Virus record (IMG/VR): IMGVR_UViG_3300049436_000050
Location: 1-25,144 of that record
DNA from: a virus
DNA length: 25,144 bases
Reading direction: 5' to 3' (one strand)
Shown here: piece after piece, positions 1 through 9,004 of the stretch
How the letters are laid out: each line of letters opens with the position of its first letter
Position numbering within the stretch: position 1 is the first letter of the stretch
Program-made: the position numbers and the translations under genes
The notes under the pieces: generated by a model
Databases searched by the model: none
What the model was told of the DNA's origin: nothing
Seen by the model: only the letters and a program-made list of their open reading frames with translations

Positions 1-114
1 TTTGAGAAGCACCTATTGCATTAGCTAAACCACCTAAAATAAATGTATATAGACTACTTTTTAGGTTCATTTGGATGAACTTATTATTGACAAAATAACC
101 AATACTTAAAATAT
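1..114. repeat. Terminal overlap, copy A (identical to 25031..25144)
   Basis: Base-by-base comparison shows that 1..114 equals 25031..25144. The repeat lies inside a coding frame. Confidence 0.95.
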
Positions 115-496
115 CATTTGTTGATAAATTAGTTCGAGAATAAAATGATATGTGATTACTTTGACCATTCAATGTATTTGCGTTTAAAAATGTGTTAGCA
201 GTTCCATTAACTCCATTTGGAAGACATCCGTTTGCACTATGAGTTATTGTCCCAGAGAATGACAACCTAAATGCTACATCTAAATCTCTGGGATCTTTTA
301 AATTAAACTTATGTGTCGTTGCAGTTCCACCAACAAATGGATAGATGGCTTTCATTTTAGTCCATAAATTATTAGACTTTAATCCCACAACCAATGCATT
401 TATTGCACTTTGTTGTGTTGATCCTGTGATACCAGCAGCAGTTATAAATGCTTGTGCATCACTATCTATGTTATTATGTTGATTTATTATATACAA
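1..496 (-). CDS. N-terminal part of a junction-spanning ConA/LamG-like putative tail-associated protein (about 256 aa when joined to 24756..25030)
   Basis: I checked every minus-strand codon from 499 down to the window edge and found no stop. The frame is in phase with ORF 24756..25100 once the overlap is collapsed. Translation reads LYIINQHNNIDSDAQAFITAAGITGSTQQSAINALVVGLKSNNLWTKMKAIYPFVGGTATTHKFNLKDPRDLDVAFRLSF... This matches, from memory, a conserved jelly-roll/LamG-like family seen in Bacteroidota phages. The first plausible start is TTG at 496..494, after the in-frame TGA at 502..500. No in-frame ATG precedes the conserved N-terminus. Confidence 0.6.
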   Translation of the reverse strand, partial: MYIINQHNNIDSDAQAFITAAGITGSTQQSAINALVVGLKSNNLWTKMKAIYPFVGGTATTHKFNLKDPRDLDVAFRLSFSGTITHSANGCLPNGVNGTANTFLNANTLNGQSNHISFYSRTNLSTNDILSIGYFVNNKFIQMNLKSSLYTFILGGLANAIGASQ

Positions 497-519
497 AAAT
501 CATAGTAATTACTATAAAA

Positions 520-1032
520 TTATTTTTGGGGTTTAGCAGGTTTTACAGGCCATTCATTAAATTTTGGAAACTGATTATTTGTTAAATAACTATTTTCTCT
601 TATATCCCTTTCAGTTCTGCAATCATCCAGCCATTGCAAAACAGCTTTATAATATTGGTGTTCGTTTTGTTTTGTGTTTAAACTTATCCTACTTAATAAT
701 TTAATTCGCTCCCACTCAGGACAATTAGTATCAAGATATGATGCCAACTCATCATTTAATTTTTGAATAATTTCAGGGGTGTTTTTTTCGACTAATGAAT
801 AATTTCTATTAGCTAACTTTATATGTGTATAGGTAGTATGTAAATTTTTTGTTAAAACGTCTGTATAAGTAGTGAAATATTTATCAGGATTAGGATTTTC
901 AATAAGATTTTCTTTAATAAAATAGATTTCAATATTTGGATCAAGCCCTTCAATAGGTTCTGAAATATCAATTCTTGGGTAGTGATCTTCTTTTTTTTCT
1001 TTTGTTATCTTATTATATATAATTACATTCAT
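520..1032 (-). CDS. Hypothetical protein (170 aa) in the tail/fibre region
   Basis: Long ORF tightly packed in the minus-strand operon. No motif recognised. Confidence 0.65.
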   Translation of the reverse strand: MNVIIYNKITKEKKEDHYPRIDISEPIEGLDPNIEIYFIKENLIENPNPDKYFTTYTDVLTKNLHTTYTHIKLANRNYSLVEKNTPEIIQKLNDELASYLDTNCPEWERIKLLSRISLNTKQNEHQYYKAVLQWLDDCRTERDIRENSYLTNNQFPKFNEWPVKPAKPQK

Positions 1033-1064
1033 TAAATTTTAAAAATTAATACTTCAAATTATTT

Positions 1065-2264
1065 TTATGTTCTTTTCATCATTAAATGTATAGTCAAACC
1101 TTTTCCTTTTGTGTTTACCCCTACTTGTGTTATTCTGGTATTTAATTTAACACCTTTTAACCAGTTAACTACTGATAATGTTGGTTGATTTGCAGAGGTT
1201 AAGGAAGTGTATCTATTTGATTCTATATTTATTTTATTTGCTCCAAAAATAGTTGCACCACTATAATAAATATCTGCAATAAATGTTGCACCACTTGCAA
1301 CAGTATCCAAAGCACCGAATACCCCTAATAATGTGCAATTAAAAGGAACTGGAAATCCGGCAACATTATTATTTAATGCCAAATCAGTTGTTAAATCTGA
1401 ACAATCATAACTTATATATTCAACTGCACCTGTATTGCCTGTGTATGAATTTATTTGGGATTTGCTATAATAATTATTTAATAGGGTTGTTCCTGTAAAG
1501 GAATTAAATGTTGAAATGTTTAATTTGGTGTTTGTAATGCCTGAAATATAATTAATTTCACTGTCAGTTTGACCTGTGTAGGTATTAATTTGGGATTTGT
1601 TATAAAAATTATTTGACAGGGTTGTTCCTGTAAAGGAATTAAATGTACTTGTATTTAATTTGTTATTAATTAAACTATTAGTTTGACCTGTGTATGAATT
1701 TATTTCAGTTTTTGTATAAAAATTTCCCGTTCCACCTGTAACACTTTCAAGATAATCTAATCTTAAATCTTGTTGAATGTTTTTATTGATAACACCTGCT
1801 ATACTATAATTGTTTAATGTATTACCGCTTAGATAATTGTTAGTTTGCAATATGGTAGTAGGATTGTCGCAATTATCGAAATTTCGTTTGTTTAAAACAG
1901 TTAGATCAATGTAAATTCCTGAACATAAATCATTAAATTGTTCAATAAATGGGTTAAAACTGGACGGAGTTACAACAACATCATAGTAAAATGCTAAATT
2001 TCTGATAATATCTTCAGCAATATGCATCATATCAGATTGTATTTCAATATCATTCACATTATCTGAAATACGATCAATTGCATAAAGCCTAAACACGTTG
2101 CTAAATGTGTTTTCTGCCATTTCAGCGTTAAGAATGTCGATCCAAACCAAAGGATATTCAATATTTGATAAGCCATTGATTTTAAATATATCGCCTTTTT
2201 CAACCTGATTAACTGAAGTATGACCAGAAGCAATTGTATATATAGTATTTAAAATATTTTTCAT
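1065..2264 (-). CDS. Putative tail fibre / receptor-binding protein with tandem repeats
   Basis: 399 aa and rich in N/S/T/Y. Central repeats are FYTKTEINSYTGQT..NTSTFNSFTGTTLSNN, FYNKSQINTYTGQT..NISTFNSFTGTTLLNN and YYSKSQINSYTGNTG, typical of fibre shaft repeats. The start overlaps the upstream stop (ATGA at 2261..2264). Confidence 0.55.
   Translation of the reverse strand: MKNILNTIYTIASGHTSVNQVEKGDIFKINGLSNIEYPLVWIDILNAEMAENTFSNVFRLYAIDRISDNVNDIEIQSDMMHIAEDIIRNLAFYYDVVVTPSSFNPFIEQFNDLCSGIYIDLTVLNKRNFDNCDNPTTILQTNNYLSGNTLNNYSIAGVINKNIQQDLRLDYLESVTGGTGNFYTKTEINSYTGQTNSLINNKLNTSTFNSFTGTTLSNNFYNKSQINTYTGQTDSEINYISGITNTKLNISTFNSFTGTTLLNNYYSKSQINSYTGNTGAVEYISYDCSDLTTDLALNNNVAGFPVPFNCTLLGVFGALDTVASGATFIADIYYSGATIFGANKINIESNRYTSLTSANQPTLSVVNWLKGVKLNTRITQVGVNTKGKGLTIHLMMKRT
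1428..1721 (-). repeat. About 2.4 tandem coding repeats (units of roughly 114-135 nt) inside the fibre gene
   Basis: Near-identical DNA blocks are present, e.g. cctgtaaaggaattaaatgt and cctgtgta..aatttgggattt each occurring twice. They correspond to aa 182-279. Confidence 0.8.
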
Positions 2265-2830
2265 TTATTATAACAAGGTTTGCCGTAATTTTTATATTTG
2301 TTATCCATATTTAAAACAATTGGACTTTGCCAAACATTTTCGTTTGCAATTATATCCGCAAACCCCCTATATTGCCTATATTCAGGAAAAAGATCAATCT
2401 TATCAATTAAATAATCCTGCAACCTATTTTTATAAAATTCTGCAAAATTTTTGTAGTAGTTTTTTAAAAATTTTATATCATCAATTGAAATAGAATTTGC
2501 ATTTACATCTGAATTCTGAACAACGCCAATATTGCGGGTTTTATATGTGATTCTTACCTGCAATTCAGCCGCAATTTCATAGATTAAAAGATCTTTTATG
2601 TAATAATCTACTAAAGTTTTGGTGTCTGTATGCCCTGAAAGTGTTGGATCTGTGTAAATTTCCTGTCTTATTCGGTCATATAATACCGATCCGATAGAAC
2701 TTTGTAAGGTAATATCTTGCACAGTCTTTATAATTGGATATATATATGTGTTATTAACATTTTTATCTAGTTCTAAAGATTCTTTGATAGTTGATTCTGA
2801 AATTATTGTTATATCTCTATAATTTGACAT
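2261..2830 (-). CDS. Putative head-tail adaptor/connector-like protein
   Basis: 189 aa directly downstream of the portal. The helical pattern (..IYPIIKTVQDITLQSSIGSVLYDRI.., ..DLFPEY..) resembles adaptor proteins of Bacteroidota phages. This is recollection only. Confidence 0.35.
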   Translation of the reverse strand: MSNYRDITIISESTIKESLELDKNVNNTYIYPIIKTVQDITLQSSIGSVLYDRIRQEIYTDPTLSGHTDTKTLVDYYIKDLLIYEIAAELQVRITYKTRNIGVVQNSDVNANSISIDDIKFLKNYYKNFAEFYKNRLQDYLIDKIDLFPEYRQYRGFADIIANENVWQSPIVLNMDNKYKNYGKPCYNK

Positions 2831-2832
2831 TC

Positions 2833-3933
2833 TTAACTATTTAATATTGGTTTAATGTTATTGTTTTCAATTTGAAATGGTTTGATAGATAACTTCAAAT
2901 TAGGATAGGTTAACCCCAAAATCTTTTCAAATTCTCTGCAAAGGTCTTTTTGTAAAGGTTCTATGACAGTTTTATTATAAATTTGAAATGCTTCAATAAA
3001 TTCGGTCTTTGAAAACCCCTGATTTTCTGCTAAAATTCCAAAAAGTGATGGACTGGTTATTTTATGACTTATAAATATTTGATTTTGTACTGTTTTAAAT
3101 AACGCTTCATATTTTTTATCATAATCATCTGAATCAAGACGGTCAATTGTTACTGAATTTTCTTTAGTGTCATTGAAACTAATTAAAAGTTTTTGGGCTT
3201 CAGTTCCTGTGAATTTATCTTTTAGTTTTCTTTCTATTTGTTCTTGTATTTCAACAGGTGGAACACCATTATTAAAGTTTATAATTCCACTTGCCAGAAA
3301 ATTTGTATTTACATTGTTTAAATGGAAATCATTGATCTTAATACTGGTTAAAATGGCTTTAATTGCTGCGTTATATAAGGGAATTGGATATATATTTCTG
3401 GTTTTTTTACCATTGTAATATACAATTGTGTTTGTTTTTGGATTTTTTGGATCAAAAATTTCATACTCTATTGCTTCAGCACCCCATTTACCAAATTCTT
3501 TGCAGTAATAAGCCTTTGTTATATCTTCATTTACCCGAATAAAATTAAATGGAATTGGAATTACTTCAGTAATCTCTTTAAATCTGTTTAATATTACTTT
3601 ATATGTATATCCGCCAAAAATTTGATAATCCCATTCACAAAGTCTGAACACATCATTTAAAATTTGTCCATCTTTATTGATTTCTTTAAGATTTTTGAGC
3701 TTTTTATCTGATATAATTAATTCAGATCCCAAAACATAATTAACCGTTGAATCAATTATACTTTGATGTTCGCTACAATTATCATATAAATCCAGTAAAA
3801 AATTTGGATAAACATTATCTAAACCATATCCAACATAATTTTTATGTTTAATCTTAACTTCTTTTAATTCAGGTACTTGTATTTCATCTGAAGACAAAGA
3901 AATTAAAGACATTTTGCAATTTCCTTTAACCAT
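2833..3933 (-). CDS. Portal protein (PBSX/HK97-like family)
   Basis: 366 aa. Motifs: YPNFLLDLYDNCSEHQSIIDSTVNYVLG; WDYQIFGGYTYKVILNRFKEITEVIPIPFNFIRV (portal-like D..G...lev..n....i..l.hip...iR); C-terminal FISHKITSPSLFGI....GFSKTEFIEAFQIYNKTVIEPLQ. Confidence 0.6.
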   Translation of the reverse strand: MVKGNCKMSLISLSSDEIQVPELKEVKIKHKNYVGYGLDNVYPNFLLDLYDNCSEHQSIIDSTVNYVLGSELIISDKKLKNLKEINKDGQILNDVFRLCEWDYQIFGGYTYKVILNRFKEITEVIPIPFNFIRVNEDITKAYYCKEFGKWGAEAIEYEIFDPKNPKTNTIVYYNGKKTRNIYPIPLYNAAIKAILTSIKINDFHLNNVNTNFLASGIINFNNGVPPVEIQEQIERKLKDKFTGTEAQKLLISFNDTKENSVTIDRLDSDDYDKKYEALFKTVQNQIFISHKITSPSLFGILAENQGFSKTEFIEAFQIYNKTVIEPLQKDLCREFEKILGLTYPNLKLSIKPFQIENNNIKPILNS

Positions 3934-4282
3934 TATAAATTATTTTATTCTCATTTTGATCATAATCAATGATCAAATTATCGTTGTAAGTATTTATTAA
4001 TATGCCACTTCCAACAAGTTTATTATTTTCGTTATAGATTTTATAATCATATTCGCCCCGATAGGGTAAATAAATTACATTGTTTGAAGTACCCGTATTT
4101 GTTTGGATTGAAACAATATTAAACAGACTATATTGATCTAATGAATTTGATAAATTTTCAATTGTTGTTGAAAAAATTTCATTTGATGGATATGTACATT
4201 GAAGTAAATATGTTTCTGTTTGTGGGTTTAACAGGTATAGCGTTATGATTTTTGAAATGTTATATTCGAGTTTTATTGTCAT
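3926..4282 (-). CDS. Hypothetical small beta-rich virion-module protein (118 aa)
   Basis: ORF overlaps the portal start by 8 nt. It is the first gene after the terminator at about 4356-4385. Confidence 0.6.
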   Translation of the reverse strand: MTIKLEYNISKIITLYLLNPQTETYLLQCTYPSNEIFSTTIENLSNSLDQYSLFNIVSIQTNTGTSNNVIYLPYRGEYDYKIYNENNKLVGSGILINTYNDNLIIDYDQNENKIIYNG

Positions 4283-4355
4283 TTCCTTTATTTTTCCTGA
4301 ATTTTCTTCAATTTGACTTAATTTGTATATAAATATCTTTATTTGAATTTCTGTT

Positions 4356-4385
4356 AATAAAAAAAGCTGTCAGGATTGACAGCTT
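4356..4385 (-). terminator. Rho-independent terminator after the tube-like gene
   Basis: 9-bp stem aagctgtca (4364..4372) / tgacagctt (4377..4385) with loop ggat. On the minus strand it is followed by TTTTTATT (plus-strand A-run 4359..4365). Confidence 0.7.
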
Positions 4386-4422
4386 ATATATAAAAAAAAA
4401 GATATGTAAAAATTATTACCAA

Positions 4423-4971
4423 TTAACTTGGCAATGGGAGGGAAACATTTGAATCAAGTATTGCAGTTAAGCAACTAGGATCGATGAAAAAAGGCGGGAT
4501 CTTATCAATTTGCTGTAAAGTATATTGATATCCGTTTGCGTCTCCAAAATTAATACCTGTGTTTGCACTACCAGCGTTTAAAGTTACAACACTGCCAAAG
4601 CCTAAACCCCAGTAATCATCATTATTATCCCGAACAATAACCGACATATTACCAACAGACAAAGCTTTTAACTCTAATCTTTTTGATGCATTTAATCTTG
4701 GTATACTAAACACTAGATCCGTTTGATAAAATGTAGTTCCTGCCTGATCGTTTGTTGTAACAGTAGTATTGAGTGAAGCTACCTGTTTACGTAATTGATA
4801 TGTTTTAAATGTTTGACCAGCCGTTAAATAAATAGCACTGATTACTTCAGTGTTACCGCTAAAAGTATAGCCTGTAACATAGCCATTATCAATTATATAA
4901 ACCTCTTTAACACCTCCGGCACTATCTTTGCAATCAAGTAATTGACCTGTAAAGGAATATGAACAACTCAT
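4423..4971 (-). CDS. Putative major tail (tube) protein
   Basis: 182 aa immediately downstream of the capsid gene and followed by a strong terminator. The pattern C.DSAGGVKEVYII...F..Y.......T......QT.L.F.I.........L..L..G...VIV.DNN..YW.LG resembles tube proteins of Bacteroidota siphophages (recollection). Confidence 0.5.
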   Translation of the reverse strand: MSCSYSFTGQLLDCKDSAGGVKEVYIIDNGYVTGYTFSGNTEVISAIYLTAGQTFKTYQLRKQVASLNTTVTTNDQAGTTFYQTDLVFSIPRLNASKRLELKALSVGNMSVIVRDNNDDYWGLGFGSVVTLNAGSANTGINFGDANGYQYTLQQIDKIPPFFIDPSCLTAILDSNVSLPLPS

Positions 4972-5001
4972 TTGAAAAATTTTTTAAATAAAATTATTTT
5001 T

Positions 5002-5922
5002 TTATTCCAATACGAAATCAACGATCATATCAGGGAAAGCGATTTGACAACCGGAATTGAACTGAATTGCTAATCTGAAATCTTGGTTATCTTTAGAAAA
5101 CCATAAATCGAATTTTTCTTCATCACCTTGTAAGTCAGTACCATAATAGAAGTTGCTTAATTGACCAGCAACGATCCTATTAGTTGAATTTAAACCATTA
5201 ACAGCGATCATTTTTATTAAAGTACCAGGTATTAAAAGTTCTTGATTTGCTAATTCTGTTGAATTTGCAACATAATTGTACATATTCGCATTTTTTAAAG
5301 CAATAGTGTACTTTCTGAAAGTATCTGCACCAACAAAAACAACTGTATCTTTTTTGTCTAAAATTTCTTCAGGAATAACACTGTAAACAGCGTCGATTAT
5401 TGCAACAACATTTGAAGTTGTGATCGCTGTGTAATTACCTGTGTTACCGTTTACGGTTGAACCGCTAGCGGCGGTTAAAATAGTTAAATATCCATCAAAC
5501 AAATCACCGTCGTTTGTATCGCCTTGCCAAACTAATGTTTCAAGGTTTGATCCAACGTTTTCGATTTCTTGATCTATAATCATCTGTTCAAATGGAAGTT
5601 GTGCAGTACCAGCGGCGATCTTAACTTCATAATTTGCCCAGTAATTGCGCAAATCCTTATCACAATAAGTTTTATTGATTTTTACAATTCCGGTTTCAAT
5701 CTTACGTTGAGTCAGAGATGTTGAACCACTTGCAGTAAATCCACAAGCTGATCCATCTTGAAAGTAAGTAGTTGAATTTAATAAGTTTATAGCGGCAGAG
5801 CCTTTTACGCCTACTTGTAAATTTACAAGTTTAGTAGTTTTTGCGGAAAGAACCGATTTTCCGATCAGTTCTAATTTTGTTTGGTCAACATATGCGGTTA
5901 GACCGGCAACATTAAAAGCCAT
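5002..5922 (-). CDS. Major capsid protein (HK97-fold type)
   Basis: 306 aa beginning MAFNVAGLTAYVDQTKLELIGKSVLSAKT.. It follows the protease and scaffold-like genes. Locally higher GC and codon bias fit a highly expressed structural gene. Confidence 0.7.
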   Translation of the reverse strand: MAFNVAGLTAYVDQTKLELIGKSVLSAKTTKLVNLQVGVKGSAAINLLNSTTYFQDGSACGFTASGSTSLTQRKIETGIVKINKTYCDKDLRNYWANYEVKIAAGTAQLPFEQMIIDQEIENVGSNLETLVWQGDTNDGDLFDGYLTILTAASGSTVNGNTGNYTAITTSNVVAIIDAVYSVIPEEILDKKDTVVFVGADTFRKYTIALKNANMYNYVANSTELANQELLIPGTLIKMIAVNGLNSTNRIVAGQLSNFYYGTDLQGDEEKFDLWFSKDNQDFRLAIQFNSGCQIAFPDMIVDFVLE

Positions 5923-5946
5923 TTATTTTTTCATATTTAAATAATA

Positions 5947-6453
5947 TTATTTTTTTGGGAAAAATTTTGATGCGTCTATAGTTGTTTTTATATCTTCAAT
6001 TTTGGTTTTTTTGGGTTCATTTTCTTTTTGGTTTTCGTTACCAAATTGAATAATAGCATCATTTAACTTATTAATAAACCCTGCCATTTCAGCAAGTTTA
6101 TTGTTTAAAGTTTTGAATTCATTTTCAAATTTTTCTTTTTCTTCTTTACTCATTGAAGCTTCAACACTTGCAACAGTTTCTTTTTGTTCGGTTACTGGTT
6201 CATTTGAAGGTTGATCCAATGTTATTTTACTAATAACACCATTTGCAACTTCAATCGATTTGCCAGGTAAACTATATACACCGTCTGGTAAGGCTATTTT
6301 ATTGCCGTCTGCATCATATGTATATACAGCTAAACCTTCAACCAGATCACCGTCATAAATAACTAATAAGCCTTCGTTTGATGTTTCTTCAGTAAAATTG
6401 AAAAGTAATTTTGATAATTTTTTTCGTATTTCAATCAATTCATTTTTAAGCAT
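5947..6453 (-). CDS. Putative scaffolding protein
   Basis: 168 aa between the protease and MCP. It has a coiled-coil, charged C-terminal half (SKEEKEKFENEFKTLNNKLAEMAGFINKLND). Confidence 0.4.
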   Translation of the reverse strand: MLKNELIEIRKKLSKLLFNFTEETSNEGLLVIYDGDLVEGLAVYTYDADGNKIALPDGVYSLPGKSIEVANGVISKITLDQPSNEPVTEQKETVASVEASMSKEEKEKFENEFKTLNNKLAEMAGFINKLNDAIIQFGNENQKENEPKKTKIEDIKTTIDASKFFPKK

Positions 6454-6495
6454 TTTTATTGAATTTATTATAAATATTATTTTTAAAATTTTTGT

Positions 6496-7098
6496 TTATT
6501 TAATTAGCGTCAAAAGCTTATGAATACTGATAAATAAATCATTTTCATTTGAAAATTTATTTTTGTTTAAATCTTCATAATCAAAATAACCCTCTATACT
6601 AAAACCTTTGAAATCTCCTTTTTTAATCATATTCCAAACACCACTTTGATCAATTTTATAACTTACAATCCAACTTCCATCTGTAATACTTGAAAATGCT
6701 TTAGGTGGATTAATTCCTAATTCTCTGTTAACTATATAACTTTCAAACATATAAGCACCGTCAAAAAAAAGATTGTGATCTAAATTGACTTCTTTGGTTA
6801 AGTTTTCTTTAAAGAATTTTAATACTATATCTTTAATTGTTTGACGATCAAAAATAACATAATGATCTTCTTTTATTTTGTTGTTTGCATTACGGTAAAT
6901 AGGGACATTTGCCAACATAGCAACACCTGTAATAATGTGTTGATCTTCATCAAGTGAATATTTTTGAAATTCATTATTGAATTTTAAAAAATCAAAATTT
7001 ACAGCGGGTTGTTCAACAAGGCTAATTGCAGTTACTCCATTTTCTTGATCTTCAGTATCATTAATGATAAGCTTATATAACTTTAAATTGTCATTCAT
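6496..7098 (-). CDS. XkdF-like putative prohead serine protease
   Basis: 200 aa. Motifs: GVTAISLVEQPAVNFDFLKF; ITGVAMLANVPIYR; VNLDHN....GAYMFESYIV; DGSWIVSYKI; KGFSIEGYF. These match my memory of the XkdF / Peptidase_S78_2 pattern. Confidence 0.65.
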   Translation of the reverse strand: MNDNLKLYKLIINDTEDQENGVTAISLVEQPAVNFDFLKFNNEFQKYSLDEDQHIITGVAMLANVPIYRNANNKIKEDHYVIFDRQTIKDIVLKFFKENLTKEVNLDHNLFFDGAYMFESYIVNRELGINPPKAFSSITDGSWIVSYKIDQSGVWNMIKKGDFKGFSIEGYFDYEDLNKNKFSNENDLFISIHKLLTLIK

Positions 7099-7171
7099 AT
7101 ATGAATTTTTTTTATAAATATTATTTTTTAGATAATTGTTAAAACTCTAACCTTTTATGTATATGGGTTAA

Positions 7172-8992
7172 TTAAAAGGTTGTTTCGTTATTGAGTTTTT
7201 CAATTTTTTTCTGACTGTTGGAAATATCACTTTCAACAATATATGCCCGTATAGGCTGCATTTTATTGTTATTAAGTTCATTGTCAGTTAAAATATTTCT
7301 TGACGGTGTTATTTGTTGCGGAATGTTCGGTGGTGTTATAGATCCCGAATTATTACCAATACCACCACTTGTATTTACATTTGAATCAATATTATTTGAT
7401 TCATATTTTTGACTTAATATTTTTTTGACATTTAATAAACCGCTTGCAATTGCCGCACCCGCCGCAATTGATTTAAAAACTAATCCACCTGGAGTTTGAG
7501 CAAAAACTTCTGTTGCTGCCTTATATGTGTCAATTGTTGCGTTTGCTGCATTTGCAATTTTTTGAATTTCAAACGCCCGTTTTTGCGCCTTTTCACCTTT
7601 GTTTGCAAACAAACTTGTTAGATCTGCAATTCCTTGGAATGTGCTTTGTGTAACTTCTATTTTTGCAGCTTTCTTTCTTTTTTCAAGTTCAATTTCTTTT
7701 ATTGCTTGTTCTTGTTGTCTTTCAAACATTGCATTCCCAAGATCAATTTGTTGTTGAATTTCTGCTGCTGCAACTTCTTCTTCTAATGCTTTTTGTTGAG
7801 CTTCTGTTTCAGTTGCAAGTGCATATGCTTCTTTTTCAATTTGTCTATCTATCTCATTTTGATATCTTAAAAGATCATTATGTTTTTTTGATGCTTCAGC
7901 TTCTTTCTTTTCAGTTTCTTTCCTTAATCTATCTGCTTCTTTTGCTTTGTCTTCAGCATCTTTCTTATCTTTTTTATCTTGATCTTCTTTTTCTTTCTTA
8001 TCTTTTTCAGCTTGTTTAGCTTTTAATAGATCTTGATCTTTGTTATATTTTTCTTGAGCATCTAATGCTTTTTGTTGAGCATCTTTTATTATTTGAGCAG
8101 ATTTTTTTTCTCTATCTTCTCTGGTTAATAATTCTTTCCAAACAGCCAGAGTTCTTTTACCTTCTAAATTATCCCAAAAGCCATTGACCTCTTCTAACTG
8201 AGTAGCAGTGTTTTGTTTTATTTCTTCAAGACTTTGATTATATGATTCTTTCAAATCAATCATTGACTTTTCAAAATCTGTTAACTTTCCTGTGGTTACA
8301 TCAAGCTGTTGATCTAATTCGGTCATAGCCTTGATGTGGTTATTATGCTCATCAGCAAGTTCTTTACTGGCAAACTTAACTCCATCTAAAGCAGTTCTTT
8401 CCTTATCTAACTTTTCTGTATCTTCTGCAAATGCGTTTGATAATGCTTTTACGGCAGTAATTAAAGCTGTGATTAACAATATAATAGCTCCTAACGGATT
8501 GGCATCCATTGCAGCATTCCACAACCATTGTGCAGCTGTAACTACCTTTTGAACAACGCTGAAATTCATCAATTGAATTCCAAGATTTTTTAAATTCTTG
8601 CCAAGTCCTTCTAGTCCTTCTAAACCTTGCATCAAAGCAATTGCACCTTGTATTTTTATCAACTGTTTTTGAAGATCTTCAGATTCTATACCAAATAAAC
8701 TTAAAGCACCCTGTGCCGTTGCAAAACCACTTGCAACACCGGCTAGAACCTTAGTTCCATTTGCTAACATTTCACCAAGATCTTTTGCAGTACCTCGGAT
8801 CTTTTGTTGCATTTCCCTTAATTCAAAAGCTTTGTTTGCAGCTAATTGCAAGGCGTTTGCATATTCAGCCGTTCCCTCTTTTGAATTTAACATTGCTTCT
8901 TTCGCCTGTTTTATTTCATCTCTGAGACTTTTTAAACTGGTTGTTGCTTGGTTTGTTTCAATTGTAATTATTTCTTTTGTTTCTAAAGGCAT
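7172..8992 (-). CDS. Tape measure protein
   Basis: 606 aa. The N-terminal third is glycine/alanine-rich and hydrophobic (LAGVASGFATAQGALSLFG, NPLGAIILLITALITAV). The centre is a long K/E/D coiled coil and the C-terminus is hydrophobic (GGLVFKSIAAGAAIASGLL). Confidence 0.7.
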   Translation of the reverse strand: MPLETKEIITIETNQATTSLKSLRDEIKQAKEAMLNSKEGTAEYANALQLAANKAFELREMQQKIRGTAKDLGEMLANGTKVLAGVASGFATAQGALSLFGIESEDLQKQLIKIQGAIALMQGLEGLEGLGKNLKNLGIQLMNFSVVQKVVTAAQWLWNAAMDANPLGAIILLITALITAVKALSNAFAEDTEKLDKERTALDGVKFASKELADEHNNHIKAMTELDQQLDVTTGKLTDFEKSMIDLKESYNQSLEEIKQNTATQLEEVNGFWDNLEGKRTLAVWKELLTREDREKKSAQIIKDAQQKALDAQEKYNKDQDLLKAKQAEKDKKEKEDQDKKDKKDAEDKAKEADRLRKETEKKEAEASKKHNDLLRYQNEIDRQIEKEAYALATETEAQQKALEEEVAAAEIQQQIDLGNAMFERQQEQAIKEIELEKRKKAAKIEVTQSTFQGIADLTSLFANKGEKAQKRAFEIQKIANAANATIDTYKAATEVFAQTPGGLVFKSIAAGAAIASGLLNVKKILSQKYESNNIDSNVNTSGGIGNNSGSITPPNIPQQITPSRNILTDNELNNNKMQPIRAYIVESDISNSQKKIEKLNNETTF

Positions 8993-9004
8993 TTAAAAGG
9001 TTAA

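Noticed and set aside
1-114. Interpreting the 114-bp terminal repeat as a physical T7-like direct terminal repeat
   Set aside because: The repeat lies in the middle of an uninterrupted reading frame that is complete only after the ends are joined. It is more likely an assembly overlap of a circular or permuted genome. Read-terminus data could still overturn this.
1428-1721. Fibre-gene tandem repeats as a CRISPR array
   Set aside because: The repeats are in frame and coding, about 120 nt long and contiguous without unique spacers.
3167-3418. Plus-strand 83-aa ORF inside the portal gene
   Set aside because: It is fully antisense to a well-supported minus-strand gene. Its low-complexity hydrophobic translation is typical of the reverse frame of AT-rich coding DNA.
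7880-8060. Low-complexity DNA repeats (ctt/ttt/tct-rich) in the TMP gene as a possible satellite or CRISPR-like array
   Set aside because: It is explained by the K/E/D-rich coiled-coil coding sequence. There is no repeat-spacer periodicity.
7218-8552. Plus-strand ORFs 7218..7412, 7663..8019 and 8331..8552 inside the tape measure gene
   Set aside because: They are antisense to the TMP. The L/F/Q-rich translations mirror the K/E-rich coiled-coil coding strand, and no start context is present.
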